From Chiloscyllium plagiosum (lineage: Eukaryota), in the NCBI RefSeq assembly GCF_004010195.1, contig NC_057720.1, positions 6,779,366 to 6,843,365 of the forward strand: a DNA stretch of 64,000 bases. Direction: 5' to 3'. The translations under genes were made by a program, and so were the position numbers. Within the stretch, counting starts at the first letter, position 1; each line of letters starts with the position of its first letter. The notes under the pieces are model-generated. The model was not told the origin of the DNA, searched no databases, and worked only from the letters and a program-made list of their open reading frames with translations. Of this stretch, positions 1 to 11,287 are shown piece after piece.

Positions 1-1108
1 CCCTAACATTAGCTTGTGTCACCTATGGAATCATTTATTCCAGTGTGAGTGTCGTATTTGACTAAAAGAAATCAGGCACTTTTTCAATCCAAACACTTAA
101 GAGACTTGATTTGCTTTTGCCTTTTAGTGTGCTGTTTCCACACCACCCACCAACCTGCATAGGTCAATTAAAAATAATTCAGTTGACTTCTCCTTGCATT
201 TGGAATCCTTACTTAAATCTTGTCCATTCTACCACAAAATCCCTCCTCAGAGTGAAAACAGCTTTGCAGGTTTTGGCTATGAATTTCAAATCGATCATAC
301 TTTCTTTGACAATGCCCCATGAGGATGTTGTCATCTATGGGCCTAACTCTATATAAGAACATATTGACTTGATACCTTTATTCTTTTCCATGTAACATTA
401 ATACTGTCTTGTATTTCTGGGTGTATCACTGCCATGACCTTTGTTTCTTAATAACTTGTGATTATTTTTCCCTGTTTATTCAAAGGCTTTCAAATGTTCG
501 TCTCTCGCTCTCTCTCTAGTCTGCCTGAATCTTCCATTTTTTTGTTTTTCTTTCTGTCTCTTGGATTTTGATGTGGCTTCAATTCATTGATATTGAAATC
601 TCCCCAAATACCACCAAGTTTAAAATGAATACTCCTGTTTCCATGTTTCATGTTGCTACAGCTGTTTCTGTGGACTGTGTACTCCTATAGAGTTAAGCCT
701 GCATCACTGTCCTTTCATGGATCCTATGTCGCATGATTCCACTTCAATGTTTGTGCTGTATGCTTTGAGGCTGTAATATCTAGCTCCTGCTGCGTCTCTA
801 TCTTTTACTTCTATAAGAGAAAGTCTCACTTCCTCTCATTAGCCCCTATAAATGCAAAATTGATATTCCAATATACACTATACTGATTACAGCTCTCTCG
901 AATAGTGTTACCAATCTTCTCTGCTTTGACACCTGATCACATCTATGCTGATGTCAGAGTAACATCAATATTTAACATATTCATTTCCTGTCGTACGACA
1001 TATGGTATAATCTTGTCTATAAGATCAATATGACTAGAAACAATTTCAGGCAGGAATTTGATGCAGTTAAGAAACTGAAAAAAAGTTTATTGGGGACTGC
1101 AGGAATGA

Positions 1109-1210
1109 TGTGGTGATTGGAACTAGGTGGATCTTGTTTACTATGAGACCCTTGATTTGGATCATTAACCTGGGCCAATCAGGAAGCCATGACTGACTAA
1201 TATAAACAGG
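1109..1210 (+). mobile_element. 5' half of a small LTR-like element (TG start, CCAAT box, TATA box), interrupted by a Tx1 LINE
   Basis: tgtggtgattggaactaggtgg...cctgggccaatcagg...tataaacagg aligns by eye with the reverse complement of 36297-36521 and with 47023-47125. Confidence 0.8.
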
Positions 1211-1250
1211 GGATTAAACACAGTAAAAAAAAAAAAATAAACAGGGGATT

Positions 1251-2224
1251 TCCCGCGGGAGCCTGTGCCCCACAACCTGAGCCGCCTCCGGAGTTTTAAT
1301 TTTGTCCCTTTTTAGGGACTTAAAAAGGTGGGCCCTGTATCGACTGCTGCTGCATACCGTCCACCTCTTCTCCCTCATCCACCGTCCGGACACGCCTTGG
1401 CGTGCCCATTTGCCACCGGGCGGTGGGGATCCCCAGTGGAGGGCTCTCTACGCGGGAGTCCTCCCCCTTTCTCTCGGGGATCTGGGGTGGAGGGTGCTGC
1501 ACGCAGCAGTCCCCTGCAACCGCAGATTGCGGTGGTTCACGGACTCCCAGCCAAACTGCTTGTTCTGTGCTGCTGTGGAGTCCGTGGACCATGTGTATAT
1601 TGGGTGTGGGCGTTTGCACTCCCTTTTTGATTTTCTTAAAAACCTTCTCCTCTGTTTTTGGCTGCACTTCAGTCCCACGCTCCTGATCTTTGGGCACCCG
1701 GTACGGAGGAGGGAGGGCAGGTCTGAAGACCTCCTCGTGGGTCTGCTCCTGGGCCTGGCCAAACTGGCCATAAACAGGTTCAGGCAGCGGGCCGTGGAGG
1801 GGGTCGTTAGGGCTGACTGCCTGCCCCTCTTTCCGCGGTTATGTTAGGGCCCGGGTGTCCTTGGAGAAGGAGCACGCGGTGTCGACCAACACCCTGGAGT
1901 TGTTCAGGGAGAGGTGGGCGCCGCAGGGAGTGGAGTGCATTATTTCTCCCTCCAACTCTATTTTGACTTAATCCCTGCCCTTCCCTTCACTGTTTGGTCA
2001 CACAGCACTACCCTTTGATGTGAAGGGCACTGCTTGTCACTGGCCACTCGGGTGTTTTCCTATCTTCCTGGTGGTGGAAATTGTATAAAGTTTTGTCCAC
2101 CTTGTGTCTCTCACTGTGTCTCACACCTGCACACACACAACATGGGTGCTGGGGAAAAATAAGCACTACCGCAGTTAGACAGTAGTGTGGGGGTTAAAAG
2201 AAAGAAAAGGAAAAAAAAATAAAA
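1251..2224 (+). mobile_element. 5'-truncated Tx1-clade (L1 group) non-LTR retrotransposon: ORF2 C-terminus, 3'UTR and A-rich tail
   Basis: ORF 1302-1847 has PQWRALY..DLGWRVLH..FTDSQPNCLFC..ESVDHVYIGCGRL..FWLHFSP..LAKLAI, a zf-RVT-type CCHC region that closely resembles my recollection of the Xenopus Tx1 ORF2 C-terminus. After a frameshift near 1833 it reads FRGYVRARVSLEKEHAVSTNTLELFRERWAPQGVECIISPSNSILT* (stop 1969-1971). A-rich tail 2196-2224. Confidence 0.9.
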
Positions 2225-2261
2225 TCCGTCAGCGTTGTCAGTGCTGTGGTAAAAAGAAAAG

Positions 2262-2394
2262 AAACAGGAGTGTCAGAGGTTCTGTTCACTCTGAGAGCTG
2301 GCTCTGAGGGAGCTGGATCAGTGTCAGGGAATCTCCACGTGTACATAAAGGGTGACTTGGTGTTAGAATATCAGCCAGCTGCAGTTATTTTACA
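2262..2394 (+). mobile_element. 3' half of the same LTR-like element (ends ...ttattttaCA)
   Basis: aaacaggagtgtcag...ctggctctgagggagct...cataaagggtgacttggtg...ttaca matches the downstream half of the copies at 36297-36521(-) and 48091-48224. Confidence 0.8.
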
Positions 2395-2527
2395 TCACTA
2401 ATTGCCTCGCGGGAAATTAACAATCAATCAAATTGCTCCCGGTCTGGAGTCACAATAGGCCAGACCAGATAAGGATTGTAGTTCCTATTGATAAACGAGA
2501 TGAGGATTTCCCCACAACAGGCAACTA

Positions 2528-2757
2528 CTTAGAATTAGAATTAGAATTAGAATTAGAATACCCTTTATTTTCACGTGTACTCAAGTACAGACATACAGAG
2601 TACAGTGAAAGGTTTTACACAGTAATCTCTTATGGCGCCATCTTACGTACAAGCACCCAGATACAAATTTTGAATAGTAAAATGGGAATACAAAGAAAAG
2701 TAGTCGTATTACTTTACAGTAATTCGTGCAGTAAGTTAGAAATAAGACATAGTTAAA
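2528..2757 (-). mobile_element. 3' end of an unclassified retroelement with a (TTCTAA)n tail
   Basis: (ttagaa)x5 followed by tttatt (AATAAA on minus); a related sequence (cacgtgtactcaagtaca) recurs at ~23878-23895. Confidence 0.5.
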
Positions 2758-2774
2758 GGATAGATATTACAGTC

Positions 2775-2985
2775 GAGAGTGTGGTGCTGGAAAAGCACAG
2801 CAGGTCAGGCAGCATCTAAGGAGCAGGAGAATCGATGTTTTGGGCATAATCCCTTCATCAGGAAAGGGTTTATGCCTGAAACATCAATTCTTCTGCTCCT
2901 CGGATGCTGACCTGCTGTGCTTTTCCAGCACCACACTCTCGACTCTGATCTCCAGCATCTGCAATCCTCACTTTCCACTACCCAC
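2775..2985. mobile_element. Fold-back Penelope-derived mini-element (family A) with a 17-bp TSD
   Basis: Two inverted arms of the gctggaaaagcacagcaggtcaggcagcatc unit; ggatagatattacagtc at 2758-2774 and 2986-3002. Confidence 0.8.
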
Positions 2986-3169
2986 GGATAGATATTACAG
3001 TCTGATAAACAAATTAAACACAAATATTACATTACAGTAGCTCAGCGCAGGGGCTTTTTCCAAACGTGATCTGACCACACGCACGAGACTCCAGTTCAAC
3101 AATCATCCCCGCTCCACTCCAGACCTCCAGGCCTATTCACACTGACTCTCAGTTGATCAAAGGTAAGAT

Positions 3170-3368
3170 TTCCCCGGGATTGCTTCCCCACTCCAGGATT
3201 GCTTACCCACTCCAGCCTCCATTCCGGGATTCGATTCCCTGCTCCAGCCTCCACTCCAGGACATCTTACTCACTCCGGCCTCCACACCGGGACACGATTC
3301 CCTCTGTCGGACTCCACTTCGGGACTAATTGCCCGCTCCAGCCTCCACTCCGGGACTCGCTTTCCCTC
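3170..3368 (+). repeat. Degenerate ~31-bp minisatellite (ctccagcctccactccgggactcg...), about 6 units
   Basis: Recurrent ctcc(a/g)gcctcca(c/t)tccggga cores at ~31-bp spacing. Confidence 0.7.
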
Positions 3369-3395
3369 ACAGTTCTCCTGAGACAGTTAACTCCA

Positions 3396-3489
3396 GATTC
3401 CTGATGAAGGGCTTTTGCCTGAAACGTCGATTTCGAAGCTCCTTGGATGCTGCCTGACCTGCTGTGCTCCTCCTGCACCACTCATCCAG
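3396..3489 (+). mobile_element. Penelope pLTR fragment (family A) with a hammerhead-like core
   Basis: gattc-ctgatga-agggcttttgcct-gaaacgtc-gattt; aactccagat repeated at 3389-3398 and 3490-3499. Confidence 0.75.
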
Positions 3490-4957
3490 AACTCCAGATC
3501 TCAGTTGAACTTAAATTCTATCAGGAATTGAAGTGGAGATAACAGTCAGCTTTCACTTTTTGGGAGAGACACGCAGCTGCAGCCAACGGGAGAGGAGCCA
3601 CCAGAAGGGAGGAAAGGCCCAATGAGGCTTCTTACCTGGTCGAGACTGCCAATGGGTCTGATATTTGGGGTCTTTGGATCATTACAGAACTGGGGTCGAC
3701 TCCTCACACCCACACTGCAGGGATTCAAGCATCATTTCTTTATGGTTGAGGGTTCTGTGGGATTGAGCGAAAATCCCTATCATCGAAAATATTAGCCCAA
3801 AAACCAGGACTTCTCAAAAAATTTTAATAGGGAGCAGCTGGGTTGAGTTCTGGGAAAAACAGACAAACACAGAAATGGAGAAAGTCAGGACTGTAGATGC
3901 TGGACATCAGAGTCAAGATTAGTGTGGTGCTGGAAAAGCACAGCAGGTCAGGCAGCATCCGAGGAGCAGGAGAATCGATGTTTTAGGCAAAAACCCTTCA
4001 TCGCAGAGATAGCACCCTGGAATCATTGCTTGGCCTAGAATTCCAATACACACCTCCACTCTCAGAGAACAATCAACCAAACTTAATGCTCTGGCCTGGA
4101 ACTAACTTTTACATTTCGGGCTACCCAACACAGACATTATAGAATCTACACGGATGCCAGATATTCAAGTTCAATCAATATTCATTCATCGAGTTACCGG
4201 GCATTCAATCTCAATCAAAATACATTTGCACATGCTCCTTAACTACCAGGAAGCCAGCGGACATCAAAGAGAGCACCTGTAACACAATGGTAAGTGCAGA
4301 TTTGGCACCAAGATAAGAAACCCATAGTCAGTATCACTGCAGGTCCTGACCTCACCTAAAGGACAATCCCCACAGCTATCTCCAGAAGAGGGATCCTGAA
4401 AGGAGCTATCTCCCTGAGAGCTATTCCCCCAACAGCTAATCCCAGCATTTAATTCCAGGAGGGGAAGGAGGATTCTGACAGCAATGCCAAAGCCTACCGA
4501 CACAGGCCTGTTCTGCACCAGGGGAACAAATGGCAACAGACTGTGACCAGCAGACCTAAGAACTGACAACCTCCAGAAACCACCAACCCGACTGACACCA
4601 CGAGACCCGGCCCACAAAACCCACCAGAAAATAAGGAAAGCCAAGTACTCACCCGATAAATCCAACGCGCGTCTTAGTGCATTGGTGGACTCAACCCAGA
4701 GTGAAGGCCTACACTGTCTGAAGTCTTCATCGAGGTACCGGGTATGGCAAGTGGGAACAACCAGCCATACCTCAAAACCGCAATTTCTCCCCCAGTGGTG
4801 AGCTTAATTCCTGAGACCCCAAAATTTCCAACCTAGTTAGCAGGGAGGGGACAGTGGGTGGTGACAGTGCAGGGAACATCAAGTGTAGGAAGTCTGATTA
4901 AAGTTTGTGATCAAAATGCTGTTTATCTTCTAATAGTGTTTGGCCTGTGTCTAATTT

Positions 4958-5490
4958 GATAACGTTACCAACAATGAGGTCCTAGCCTGCCCCCAGATAC
5001 CCAGCCTCTTCACTCTGCTCCAACGTCGCTGTCTCCACTGGCTGGGCCATGTACACCACATGGCAGATGGAAGGATCCTGAAAGACCAGCTGTATGGGGA
5101 GCTGACCTCCAGCAAGAGAGCACAAGAGCGGCCTCATCTTCATTTCAAAGATGTCTGCAAGGGAGATATAAAGTCACTAGGCATGAACGTCAAGAAATGG
5201 GTGGACATTGCAAGTGATCGGTCTCACTGGAGGCTGGAATTACAGAGGTCTAAAAAGAGGAGAAGGGAAACTGAGGCATGTTGCTGAAGAAAAACGCACC
5301 TGCCAAGCAAACAGCACCAAGATAATACGGGAGGACAGTGCCTTCAAGTGCAGTTACTGCAGCTGAGACTCCTACTCTCATGTGGGCCTCTCCTGCCACA
5401 ACAGACACTGACCTACCACCAAGGATTTAAGCAAGACTTCCCAGGCACAGATCCATGGTCTCACGAGACTAATGGATGCCACCACCAATT
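4958..5490 (+). mobile_element. RTE-clade LINE 3' fragment
   Basis: Translation NVTNNEVL..LHWLGHVHHMADGRILKDQLYGEL..RPHLHFKDVCKGDIK is the typical RTE C-terminal region. Confidence 0.85.
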
Positions 5491-5526
5491 ATATTAGTGC
5501 ATTTAATTACTGTCCTCTGTATAGTT

Positions 5527-5870
5527 GGGTGGCATGGTGGCTCAGTGGTTAGCACTGCTGCCTCACAGCACCAGGGACTTGGGTCTGATTCCCACCTCTG
5601 GCGACTGACTGTGTGGAGTTTGCACATTCTCCCTGTGTCTGCGTGGGTTTCCTCCGGGTGCTCCAGTTTCCTTCCATAATCCAAGGATGTGCAGGTTAGG
5701 GTGGACTGGACATGCTAAATTGCCCCAGTGATTTGTAGGTTAGATGCATTAGTCAGGGGTAAATGTAGAGTAATGGGGTAGGGGAAAGGGTCTGGGTGAG
5801 ATACTCTTTGGAGGGTTGGTGTGGACTTGCTGAGCTGAATGGCCTGTTTCCACACTATAGGGATTCTAGG
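5527..5870 (+). mobile_element. tRNA-derived V-SINE (HE1-like)
   Basis: A-box ggctcagtgg, V-domain gtgtggagtttgcacattctccc..gggtttcctccgggtgctcc, CR1-type tail ggcctgtttccacac. Confidence 0.9.
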
Positions 5871-7454
5871 TTGATTGTGTCCATTTCACTGCTTATTACG
5901 TTTGCCTTTATTTCTTGTATTATACTTGTGTTTTTATATTTAAATAAATGCAGAGATTCTCTCTGTCCGCTGCCTTCTTCATTTCACATTCCTAAATAAG
6001 TCCAGTCTCATGACCCCCCCAAAAATCAGCAAATTACTGATTGCAAAGCAGAATCCCAACAGTTCAGGAGTGTATTGGGGAGCAAGGGGGTGGGTAGGTG
6101 AGGGGGTGGGGAGGTGCAAAACAGGAACGCACCTTGCAGCAGAACTGGCCATGCCCAAAATGCAGAATCTAGACCCCCATATCGACAGGTGCAGGAAATC
6201 GCCCATCCTCCACTGCTTTCAGCCCTCTCTGTAATGAATGCCATGTCTTAAAATTACAGTTAACACTAGTATTTAAAACACTTAACCATTTTATTCCCCC
6301 TCCTGATCAGCCATTTAGCTCTCTAATTATGAGCTTAAGTGGCACTTAATCATTCTGGTGGTAACACTAATAGCTGGTCATCAGCAGAAATAACAACCTT
6401 CAAAAATGACTTTAAAGGGCCCACATGAGACTTGACCTAATAAAAGATTACTACCAGCAATAAATCTGTACAACCACCGCTCTGCGCTGGAGGAGACTGG
6501 GGGAGAAATTGGTGCTCAATGCACCCACTTTCCAGTCTATTCTTGCAAATGTGACCACATGGTTTTTAACCTCAGAAATGTCTCAAACATTTGATGTTTA
6601 CTTAAGCATATCATATCTTTATACAAACTGATCTATTGCCTATTTCCATCTCCTCCAGTGCTAAAACGTGGTGTTTTTATTCAGGGTGCTACGCTGTAGC
6701 TGTTATCCTGGTCTCCTGGACAATAAGAAGGAGTAGACTTTGTAACAAGCCTTCTAATTACATTGTTCCTTAAATCAAGCTTTGGAAAGAGACTAAATTT
6801 TCTCTCCTACTCTATCGAGCCAAAATCAGAAATGTGCTCGCAATTTGACCACAGAAAGCCATTTATTGTGACAGTATTGGGCTCAGAATCCATACGGAAT
6901 AATTCTCATTGGCCCGTCACACCACCTTCATTAACTAATGATTACAGCTTTGAGCGAATCTGGTAAATTAACAGAGTCTCCCTGAGCACAGCTTTCATTC
7001 TGATAAGATCGTGGGTTAGTGTCAGTTTTTCTTATTCATTCGTGGGATCAGGACATCACTGGCTAGTCCAGTATTTAGTGCTCTTCCGTATTTGCCCAGT
7101 GGGCAGTTAAGAGTCAACCACATTGTTTCGGTCTGGAGTCACATGTAGGCAGATTTCCTTCCCTGAACGACATGAGTATTCTGACTGTGACAGAGGGCAG
7201 GGAAAAGTAACCTGATTTGGCAACCTATTTGTCAATAAGACTAAGGAAAGAAATGTTGACACTGGAGTTAACAACTAGAGCTGTACTCAATAGTAAGAGT
7301 CAACTTGCGCAGAGTTGAGATTCCAATCACATGAAACCAACTCCTCTGGACAGGATGTGCCCCTCGTATGTCTGACACCTGACCCTCCAAAGAGGTGCGT
7401 CGCTCATAACTCGGTCACTCGCAGGATACCGCAGGGATAGCTGTGTAAAGCCAT

Positions 7455-8405
7455 TAGACACAGTTGCAAAAGTAGGCCATTCAGCCCATCAAGTCCACGC
7501 CACCATTCAATGAAATCATGGCTGATCCAGTAATCCTCAACTCCAATTTCCTGCCTTTTCCACATAATCCTTGCTTCTATTTCTGATTAAAAATTCTGCC
7601 TACTTCAGCCTGGAATATACTTAATGATCCAGACTCAAAATTCTGTGTTCGAAAGAATTCCACAGATTTACTATCGTCTGAGAGATGAAATTGCCCAATA
7701 TCTCTGTCTCAACTGAGCAAACTCATCAATTGAGATGATGCCCTCACATCTTAGACTCTTCCACAAGGGGTAACAAGGATTCCTGATGAAGGGCTTTTGC
7801 TCAAAACGTCGATTTTCCTGCTCCTTGGATGCTGCCTGACCTGCTGTGCTTTTCCAGCACCACTCGAACCTAGAGTCTAATCTCTGGCATCTGCAGTACC
7901 CACTTCTGCCACAAAGGGTAACAGCTTTTCTGTGCCTACCTTGTCAAGTTCTCTAAGAATCTCAGCTGCTTCAATAAGATTGCTTCTGTTCTTTCTAAAC
8001 ACTGATGAGTATAAACCGAACCGACTCAACCTCTCCTTGATAGCCAGTATTAACCATGTGAATCTTCTCTGGTCTGCCTTCAATGCCAGTGAATCTTTCC
8101 ATCGATAAGAGGATCAATACTGGTCACAGTATTCCAGAGGAGGCCTGACCATAGCCTTGTATAGTTTTAGCAAGACTTCCTCATTTTTGTATTCCATTCC
8201 CTTTAAAATAAAGGCAGAATTCCATTTGCCTTCCCTGCTGACCATTGAGTTTGGAGGCTAACATTTTGTGATTCATGCACAAAGACTCTCAAATCCCTCT
8301 GTATTGCAGCTTTCTCCATTTAAATAATATTCAACCCTTCTATCCTTCCTGCCAACTTGCACCACCTCGCATTTCCCCACATTATCTTCCACCTGTCAAG
8401 TTTTT
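7455..8405 (-). mobile_element. CR1-type LINE 3' fragment with a nested Penelope family A insertion (7776-7908)
   Basis: Minus ORF QRRFTWLI..ERLSRFGLYS; TSD ccacaa(g/a)gggtaaca at 7761-7775 and 7909-7923. Confidence 0.8.
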
Positions 8406-8408
8406 GTT

Positions 8409-9963
8409 GTTATGGACCAGGCCAGACCCCTTCAAAATATGTTAAAGTGATAGCCTCGACCATAATTTCTTCTTATTTTATGGTAGATGTGAAGGGGGTG
8501 TTCCAAGCATGATGCAACTGGTCAAACCACTCAGCTTTAAGCAAAGCAGAATTTATTTACAACACTGTTGAAACATGAACAAAAGAAAGCAGAATTTAGA
8601 ATAATTTGACTGTTGGAAAACTTAAGCAACTCTCGGATAGGCACATGGGTGATAGTAAATTGAAGGCTATGTGGGTTGGTTTGATTTGACAGGAGGATAA
8701 AAGGTCAGGACAACATCAAAGGTTGATGGACCTGTATAGTGCTGTACCGTTCTATGTTCTTAACCAACTACCACTAATTAACTGTTCCAATATAGAAACA
8801 TCTATATTGGAACATCTATACAAAAAAGGCAAGTTCAAACACAAATTATTTCAGGCAGGATGAAACAACATCCAGAGAGATTTCAAAGAATATTAGTTCA
8901 TAATCATTTACTGAAACTTGCAGCCTTCTAGTACTCACACATCTTGTGACTGCTACAAGAAAAACAAACTAGAAAAACCCTGAACTGGGAAAACTGGCCA
9001 CTCCCCTTCCATTGTTAAACTCTTTTAAGAAGCTGCTGTGGTTCTGTTCGCCGAGCTGGAAGTTTTTGTTGCAGACGTTTCGTCCCCTGTCTAGGTGACA
9101 TCCTCAGTGCTTGGGAGCCTCCTGTGAAGCGCTTCTGTGGTGTTTCCTCCGGCATTTATAGTGGCCTGTCCCTGCCGCTTCCGGTTGTCAGTTTCAGCTC
9201 TCAGACAACAACTCACCAACACGAAGGACCCGATACCCAGTATGAGCAAAACTAACGTAGTGTACAAAATCCCATGCAAGGACTGCAAAAAACACTATAT
9301 AGGACAAACAGGAAGACAGCTAACAATCCGCATCCATGAACATCAACTCGCCATGAAACGCCACGACCAGCTATCCTTAGTAGCCACACACAAAGACGAC
9401 AAGCAACATGAATTCGACTGGGAAAACACTATCATTATAGGGCAAGCCAAACAAAGAACAGCCAGGGAATTCCTAGAAGCATGGCACTCATCCACAAACT
9501 CCATCAACAAACACATCGACCTGGACCCAATATACCGGCCACGACAGCGGACAGCTGAAACTGACAACCGGAAGCGGCAGGGACAGGCCACTATAAATGC
9601 CGGAGGAAACACCACAGAAGCGCTTCACTGGAGGCTCACAAGCACTGAGGATGTCACCTAGACAGGGGACAAAACGTTTGCAACAAAAACTTCCAGCTCG
9701 GCGAGCAGAACCACAGCAACGAGCACCCGAGCTACAAGTCTTCTCACAATCTTTTAAGAAGCATTGAATCAGTATTCAACAATAACTACGAATTATTGCT
9801 AATGATTGCAGATTGTTTCTTATGATTCTTGAATTGGTCAGAACACTGCTTCTTAGACGTCTTTCTCCAGATGCTTCCACTGGTTTGCAAGAGGCATTGG
9901 GTGGCTGGTTGATTTATAAAAGGTCTCAAGCTTATGAATTAAAAGTCATAGCTTACAGCAACA
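8409..9963. mobile_element. Possible LTR-like element (tgtta...aca ends) hosting the Penelope insertion and a CR1 tail
   Basis: Starts tgttatggaccaggccagacc, similar to tgttacagccagaccc at ~39641; the right end is uncertain. Confidence 0.35.
9034..9749 (+). mobile_element. Penelope-like element (family B) with a GIY-YIG endonuclease C-terminus, pLTR and inverted 5' pLTR; 13-bp TSD
   Basis: VVYKIPCKDCKKHYIGQTGRQLTIRIHEH..REFLEAWHS in ORF 9137-9661; 9034-9199 is the reverse complement of ~9553-9719; tcttttaagaagc at 9021-9033 and 9750-9762. Confidence 0.92.
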
Positions 9964-11287
9964 GATGAAAGGAAAGAAGAACTCCTTGCATTTGATTCAT
10001 CGCTTTCACATTATCATGCACTCTCTCACAGCTGAAGTGGTCACTGTTGCTGCGTCAACATAGCATGAGACACTGAGAGTGGTAGACCATGAGCCTTCCT
10101 CAGCAGAGACAGAGTGAGTGTATGTAAGCAGAGAGAAGGTGGGGGCTATGACCTGTTTGGAGCACAGAAGGTCAGAACATTTCAATGAAGGGTCACCCAA
10201 TCTGAAATGTTGGCTCTGTTTCTCTCCCCACAGATGCTGCCAGACCTTCTGAATGTTTCCAGCAATTTCTGTATTTGTTTCACAAATACTCCGCGTTGAT
10301 CAAGTATGCTTTTACGTCTTGCTTTTTAATTTTTAACCACCTTTCTAAACCCGCTCCTAAACCGGAATGACAAAACGTTTTAACTTCAGGCAAGAAGTGA
10401 ACCATCTACTGACCAGATCAAGACCCCAAGGGCTAACATTTCGATAATCCCAATTGTCCCCACACAGCAAAGAAGAAAGAGGGCCAGAGATCCATATGGT
10501 ATCAGCTGAGCTCAAGAATTTCCTGGTACTCCATCAAGGTATGTATTTGAGACTGCACCTGTACTGGGTGCAGAATCTGGTGAACATAACTACGTTGCAC
10601 AAGGAATATAATCTTTACATTACACATACAGGCCAATCAGTCCTTCAATCCTACATCTATCTCCAAAAGGCACTCACCCCCAATCCCCATGGACATCTTA
10701 GAGTGGCCAGTCCATGGTTGGAAACCAGAGCACCCAGGGAAACCCACACAGACAATGACCCAAGGCTGGAATCAAACTCAGGCCCAGGTCCATTGCTGCA
10801 CTGGGAGGCAGCAATGCTAACCACTGATCCATCCAAATTGTCAAGAAGGTCCCACCTGTGTGAATAGACTAAAAGGAGTTCTTCATGAACTCCAATAGAC
10901 CAGAGGTGCTGATTGAGTTAAAGGCACTGTTTCAGGACTTGGCAGATAGGAAACCCCTCCTGCCCAGGATATGCTGGTGCAGTAGTAAAATTGCTTGGCA
11001 GGTAATCCAAAATGGCCAAGATTATACTCAGAGAACATGGGATAAAATCCCACCACATCAGTTGATGCAAGTTAAAATTGATGCCATAAATCTGGATTTG
11101 GTATCTCCCCTTCTGACTCCATTTTGATGTAGCCCCCTCCCTCTCTCTGTACCTCTCCCTCACCTTCAGTAGTCTGAATTTCCCTTTAACAGGCTTTGCA
11201 TGTAAATCAATCAATTGAAAAACATTGTTGATTTACTGGTGATGGTTAATAGATGATATGAAAAAGAGAATATTCAAGTTCACTCAG

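Noticed and set aside
2528..2558. Telomere-like (TTAGAA)n repeat
   Set aside because: Not TTAGGG; it abuts a minus-strand AATAAA and behaves as a retroelement 3' tail.
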